Source: the human T2T-CHM13v2.0 reference genome, Homo sapiens. Taken from it: a DNA stretch of 64,000 bases. Within the stretch, counting starts at the first letter, position 1; each line of letters begins with the position of its first letter. Position numbers and translations under genes: made by a program. The notes under the pieces are model-generated. The model had not been told where the DNA came from. It saw only the letters and a list, made by a program, of their open reading frames with translations, and did not search any database. Positions 57,379 to 64,000 of the stretch are shown here, piece after piece. The stretch lies in the NCBI RefSeq assembly GCF_009914755.1, contig NC_060937.1; one strand, given 5' to 3'.

Positions 57379-57739
57379 AGGAATTTCCCTTCTTGAGAGA
57401 CCCTATCAAGTCACTAGACTGGTAGAACAGATCAAAGACAGACATAATATTTCTGGTTTTCAGGAAGACCATTTCATAATATTTCAGGGAGAATGTTATC
57501 GTCAAGATGAAGTAATTTGGATTGTGTATGATTCAGGTAAGTGTATTAATAGCTGCATCTGTCATATCCAAAGACTGTTGATTAAAGGATTAATGTCTAT
57601 TAAGAAATAAAATTATTTTTCCATTTGGTCATTGAGTTCTGTCTTTGACACTGTTCTGATACACACAATTTCCAAAGATGTCAATGAAGACAACCTATAT
57701 ACCAGCAGGCGACATACCTGTGGATGGAGCCACAGGTAG

Positions 57740-59680
57740 GCCCCAAGAAAGATGCCTGTGCCACTTCTTCAACATTGTACAGCAGGTTCTAGTCAGAGCA
57801 GTTGGGTAAGAAAATCAAATAAAAGCAATTGGAGGGTAAGAAATATAGCCATCTCTGTTCACAGATTACATGATCTTGTATACAGGAAATTCTAAAAAAT
57901 CAACTAAAAACTAATCAGACTAATAAATGAGTTCAGCCAAGCAGCAGGATACAAGATAAGAGGCAAAAATAAATTGTATTTCTATACATTTGCAATGAAC
58001 AATAAAAAATGAAATGATAAAAACAATTTTAAAACTTAAAGAAGATCTAAATATATGGAAAGACATCCCATAGTCATGGATCAAGAGACTTAATATTGTC
58101 AAGATGACAATACTCGCCAAAGTGATCTACAGAGTCAGTGCAATCTCTATCAAAATCCCAGCTGACTTCTGTGCAAAAATTGAAAAGCCAATCCTAAAAT
58201 TTATATGGAAATTCGAAGGACCCAGAATAACAAAAACAATCTTGAAAAGAAGAACTGAGTTGAAGGGCTCACAATTCAATTCCTTATTTCAAAACTTACT
58301 GCAAAGCTATAGCAATCAAGACAAAGTGGTACTGGTATAAAGCTAGACATAAAGGTCAATGAAAAGGAACTGACAGTCCATAAATAAAGCCTCACAATTA
58401 CAGTTAATTGATTTTCATCAAGAATTTCAAAACAATTCAGTAGAGCAAAGAATGGTGTTTTCAACAAATTGTGCTACAACAAATGAATATCCATATGCAA
58501 AAGAATGAAGATGTACATTTATCCCACACCATACACATACACAAACACACACACACACACACAACTCAAAAGGGATCAAAGACCTAAATGTAAGTGATAC
58601 AACTGTAAAACTCTTTGAAGAAAGCATATGACTAAATCTTCATGACCTTTGATTTGGCAAAGGCTTCTTAGATATGAGACCTAAAGTATGAACAACAAAA
58701 GGAAAAACAGATAAATTGGACTTCATCAAAATTAACACATTTGTCCTTCAAAGGACACCATCAAGAAAATGAAAAGACACCTATTGAAAGGAAGAAAAAT
58801 TTTGCAAATCATATATCTGATAATGGGATTGTATCATATATCTGATAAGGGAATTGTAAAGAACTCTTTGCAACTCAATAACAAGAAGAGGAACCACTTG
58901 ATTCTAAAATGAGCAGAAGACATGGCTAGGCATTTCTCCATGGAAAATACACAAATGCCCAGCAAATACATGAAAACATGCTCAACATCATTAGCCATCA
59001 GGGAAATGTGAATCAAATCATAATGAGCTACCTCTTCACACCCACAGGATGGTCAGATTAAAAATGACAACAACAGCTGGTGACAATGTGGGGAAAGAAG
59101 CGTCAAAATATTAAACGTAGTTAACATTTGACCCAGTAATTCCATTCCTAGGTATATGCACACACAAAAAATGAAAACAGGCTCACACAAAAACTTGCAC
59201 ATGAACGTTCATAGCAGCATTATTCAAAATTGCCAAAAAGTAAAAACAGCTCTAATGTCTATCAACTGACGAGTGCATAAATAAAATGTAGCACATTCAT
59301 ACAAAGGAATATATTCAGCAGTAAAAAGGAAAGAAATACTAATACATGATAAAACATAGATGGGCCTTGAAAACACTAAGCTAACGAAAAAGGCCAGCCA
59401 AGAAAGACCACACAATCAAGTGATTCTGTTTATATGAAATGCCCAGGATAGGCAAATCCACAGAGACAAAAAAGTAGCTTAGTGGTTGGCAGGGCCTAGG
59501 AGAGAAGGGGAGATCGAGGGGTCACGGCTGAAGGGTATGGAATTTCCTTGGGAGGAGATGAGGGTGTTCTAAAATTGTGATGATGGTTGCACAACTCTGT
59601 GAATATAAGAGCTAAAAACTATTCAATTGTACACTCTAAACAGGCGAGTTCACTGGCATATGAATTACATCTCAATGAAG
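57740..59680 (+). mobile_element. L1MB-type ORF2 3' region plus 3'UTR
   Basis: Decayed ORF2 ([31 protein letters not shown]); 3'UTR 'taggcaaatccacagagaca..tggttgcacaactctgtgaata'. Confidence 0.88.
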
Positions 59681-60262
59681 CAGTTATGAAGAAGAGAAAG
59701 AAGGAAGAGAAGGAGAAAAGGAAGGAAGGAAAGAAGGGGAGGAAGAAAGAAAGGAGAGAGATTCCTGCCCCAAAGACCTTCTTAAACTAAAGACAGTTGG
59801 AGAACACACTCTAGGCTCAGATGTGTCCTCATTGTGTCCGTGGGTAAGATGAATAGTAATTAACTCTCCTGCCAATGTCCCCTGCCACAGCTTCCTCTGA
59901 GCAGCAGGGTCTGGGACAGGCAAAGGGAACAAAGACTGTATCTGCCATGGCCTCTATCACTTCAGGGCACAATGCTGACTCTAGTCCCCCAAGTAGTATA
60001 AAATACTTTTGATAGAGCATGACTTTTTACCTACGCTTGACCAGAAATGGATCCCTGTGTAACCCTGTGTACAGAAATTACTAATCCTAGCTTTAGGATG
60101 AAGTTGCTATTGGTACAAATAGCCACAAGATGACAGTGTCGTCCTACTCAAATTCTTAACACAAGGCCCTGTCCTCAGCTCCTCTTCATAAGAGGTGTAA
60201 ATGAAGTGATGCTAGTTTCCTGCCCTTCTGAGAACACTAGGCTTGAATTGTATTTGAATCAA

Positions 60263-60558
<296 letters not shown>

Positions 60559-60714
60559 ATGAATCAATTATTATAAAATAACTATTAAAGTATTAGCTAA
60601 ATGAGAAGGAATCATGCTTAGGATTAAATAGCCCTTCTTTATTAAACCTTCTTACCAAAAATGTGATGGGAAAACTATTCAAGAATGAAAGCAAAGATTG
60701 CATTTTGATGGTTT

Positions 60715-61115
60715 CAACAGAAAAATGGATAAGCATGATATGGTTCATACAAGCAATGGAACATGATTCAGCCTTAAAAAGGAAGGAAATTCTGACACAT
60801 GCTACTACATGGGTGAACCTTGAGGACATTATGCTAAATTAAATAAACCAGTGCAAAAGGAAAAATATTGTATGATTCTACTCATATGAGGTATTTAGAG
60901 TAGCCAAACTCATAGAGACAGAAAGTAGAATGGTGGTTGCAGGGGCTGGGGGAAAGAGCGGGGAGTTGTTTAACGAGGACAGTTGCAGTTTTGCAAGATG
61001 AAAGAGTTCTGTAGATAGTGGTGATGATGTGAATGTATTTAATGTCACTGGTGCACTTAAAAATGGTTAAAATTGGTAAAGTTTATGTGATGTATATTTT
61101 ACCACAATATTTAAA
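60715..61115 (+). mobile_element. L1MB 3' end
   Basis: 'cagccttaaaaaggaaggaaattctgacacatgctac..cacttaaaaatggttaaaat'. Confidence 0.88.
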
Positions 61116-61899
61116 AAGTAAGTTACTTTTAAAAATTTTCAGAATCATTTTTTGGGGGAGCATTGAAAAGTCCTCAGATGAGATGGTCACTCCCAGAATG
61201 AGGCAGAGAAGCGGGAGGGGAAGAGGGTGTCTGGAGAAGGGTGGGCACAGGCCCACCAGCCCAAAACATCCCTCCCCACCCTCTGCTGACCCCGCTCCTC
61301 TCGAAGCTTCTGGCCACCCTGCTGCTCAGCAGCTCAGATCCAGGTGGCTGAGGGCCACTCTGGATGAGTACAGGAGTCACCAAAATTCACATTTGGGTAA
61401 TAGCTTGAGTCAAAAGGTGCTGAGAGCTTCCATTAGGACTGACCTCTGGAATGCGCCCCTCACCGGGCCTGCGTCCACCCCACTGCTGTCCTCTGGATGA
61501 AAACTAGCAGTTAGGTCTACAGGGTGATGCTTCCATCGAGCGCTTTTGTTCCCTCCGGCACTGTTGTCAGAGCAGATGACACCCCTCACCCCTCACCCTC
61601 TGGAAGCTCAGGGTGGTCCCTCCAGTGTCTCTAGGCCCTGGAGTCACACACTGGCCCCTCCAGGCTCAATGGCCCCTGGGGCCCTGTAAAAAGGAGGTAG
61701 GCTCTGCAGTCAAGGTGACCTTTCTCAGCTGCAATTTTGATTTCCCCTGAGGAAGGCCCCAAGGAATCCAGGGCTGTGTAAGGAATCCTGGCCCTTCATG
61801 CTGGGAGCCAGGATTAAGAATTCCTATACACAGGGCTGCCTAGTTCCATGTCTAGTCAAGGGCAGGTAGAAAGGCACACCCTATCAGAAGTATCAACCA

Positions 61900-62060
61900 G
61901 GCCCAATGGCATGAGCCTGTAGTCCCAGATTCTTGGGAGGCTGAGTTGGGAGGATCATTGAGCCCATGGGGTGAGGCTACAGTAAGCTGTGATTATGCCA
62001 CTGCACTCCAGCCTGAGTGACAGAGTGAGACCCCCCATCCCAAAAAAAAAACAAAAACAA
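61900..62060 (+). mobile_element. Alu right-arm monomer (FRAM/AluJ)
   Basis: Single arm plus A-tail. Confidence 0.85.
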
Positions 62061-62278
62061 GTATTTTCATTATTTGTACTGTGGGGGGCGGGGTGGCAAA
62101 GTCTGTGTGTGATGATGGTGGATTTGGGACGGTGATTGTCCACAGCACAGGTGAAGCCACTATGCAGAGGGAAAAATCTCTCCCAGATGCCCCAGCACAC
62201 AGGAACACACACTCTCACGCTTGCACACACGCACCACTGGTCATTATTAAATCGATGTGATTAATATGTGCACGGACA

Positions 62279-62578
62279 GGCCAGGTGCAGTGGTTCATGC
62301 CTGGAATCCCAGCACTTTGGGGGGCCGAGGTGGGTGGATCACAAGGTCAGGAGTTCAAGACCAGCCTGATCAACATGGTGAAACCCCATCGCTACTAAAA
62401 ATACAAAAATTAGCCAGGTGTGGTGGCGGGCACCTGTAATCCCAGCTACTCAGAAGGCTGAGGCAGGAGAATCACTTGAACCCAGGAGGTGGAGTTTGCG
62501 GTGAGCTGAGATCACGCCACTGCCCTCCAGCCTGGGCAACAGAGCAAGACTCTGTCTCAAAAAAAAAAAAAAAAAAAA
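62279..62578 (+). mobile_element. AluSg-like
   Basis: TSD gtgcacggaca / gtgcacagaca. Confidence 0.94.
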
Positions 62579-62769
62579 GGGTGCACAGACAATATAGAAA
62601 GCCCCTGAGGAGCAGATGTTTGCAGCCTCTGTGAAACTATCTGGTATAGAAGCTTTCCTATTTTTCTCTGGGAACAGTGATGTCACAACTCTGCAGAAGC
62701 ACCTCCAACAGAAGCCGAATCAGAGACCCGGGGAGGCCTGTGCAAAATGCTCTTCTCCCGGGCAGGTCC

Positions 62770-63300
62770 CAGCCCAGGCTACCGTTAATATGTAAACACC
62801 GAGAGCTAGAATGACCAGGAGGCAAAGGGAAAGAGAGCTAATTAGATAAACCTTCATGCTTACAACCCCATTAGTTAATTAAATGATCACTTTACTGTGC
62901 AGAAAGTGAGCTGTCAGACTAATCCAAGTGTTACCAGCTTTATGGGGTCCGTGGGCCCTTTACAAGCTTCCTCTGCTCCCAAGTGTCAAATTGGGGCTGT
63001 ATTGATAGATAAAAGCAACATCGAGCTGCTCTGATTGCGGCCTTTCCCTTCGATATCTTTATACTGTGCTATAAAAGCCTATTATACTTAATTTAAAGAG
63101 TGAAAATTGTTGACATCTCTTTCAATTGCTAATCTTTAGGAAACAATGAATGGAATATTATTTGAAAGGAATAAAGTGCTCGCTTTATTGGAGAGTAGTA
63201 AAAATCTAATAGTTGGCAAAACAATATGGTGTTTACTCTTCAAGATAGTTGGGTTTATTAGCTTAAGCGATTGAGAGCATTTTACAGTCAGCCTCAGCCC
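62770..63300. promoter_or_regulatory. Candidate conserved non-coding element / developmental enhancer
   Basis: Non-repetitive and AT-rich, with dense TAATTA/TTAATTAA, TTTATGG, TGTCA, AGATAA, AACAAT and TGTTTAC/GTAAACA motifs and retained CpGs. Conservation is not tested. Confidence 0.55.
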
Positions 63301-64000
63301 TCTTGTGTTTAGGTTTTACTTGGGTTAGAGCACCCGAGCTTTTATTTGTTGTCGTTGTTGTTGTTTTCCTTTTCTTTCTTTTTTTCTTTACTCTTTCTTA
63401 CTCCCCTCCTCCCACCTGGAAAAAGATCAAGGATGACACTTTTAAGGAACCCGTTAGCAAATATGCCATATATTCATTGAGCCAAAAAATATCCTGCAAG
63501 TGAAAAACATGTTTTGTCAGATGCTAAATCCTTCATGGGTGGAATGTTCTGAAATGACAACTCACCAGGGCAGGAGGCCGGGAGCTCAAAAGTGTTATGG
63601 GGTCTGGGAGCCAGGGCAGTGGATCTGTGAGTACGCACTGCCCTGACCCCACCCCACAGCACACACACGCACACACTCCACCACGGAAGGGGAGGGCTCG
63701 AGGCTGAGTTAGAGCTTCTGCCAGCCCCGAGAAGGCTCTGGGTCACCTGTGTCCCTCTATTCAGCACAGAGGGCCCACCTGCCTGCATCCTCCACCTCCT
63801 GGCGTCCCGGGAGGGCAAGGACTTTAGTACTTGATACGTGATTCAGTTACGTCCTGGGAGCCCAGGAGGGAGCTTAGCACCCAGGTGTTTAATAAGCACT
63901 TCTAGAATGAGGTAGGAAGTAAGGAGACACTGAACCAGAGAAAGTGTGACTTTTCACATTTGAGACTTAGGGCTCTTGGTTTTCACACACAGGGTCAGGT

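Noticed and set aside
58808-58858. 25-bp tandem duplication (atcatatatctgataa..)
   Set aside because: Ordinary slippage duplication inside a dead L1MB.

Overview
Primate, almost certainly human, non-coding genomic DNA (intergenic or deep intronic). It is dominated by Alu, L1, L2/MIR, MaLR/ERVL/ERV1 LTRs and DNA-transposon remnants. I see no intact protein-coding exon, tRNA, rRNA or CRISPR; the long ORFs in the track are Alu, L1 or GC-rich artefacts. Best-supported items: (1) a decayed processed pseudogene of FGFR1OP2 (short, exon-skipped isoform) inside an old L1; (2) a 5'-truncated L1HS-type insertion with ACG/A diagnostics and an 18-bp TSD; (3) a 104-bp local copy inserted into the same MLT1A LTR; (4) a closely spaced inverted AluY pair; (5) several multi-level TE nests, including a twin-primed L1; (6) a complete MST MaLR provirus; (7) an ERVL RT remnant; (8) a strong CTCF motif and an enhancer-like block near the end. 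I found no evidence of a new multi-gene system. Repeat family names come from recalled consensus sequences, not a search, and boundaries without a stated TSD are approximate.
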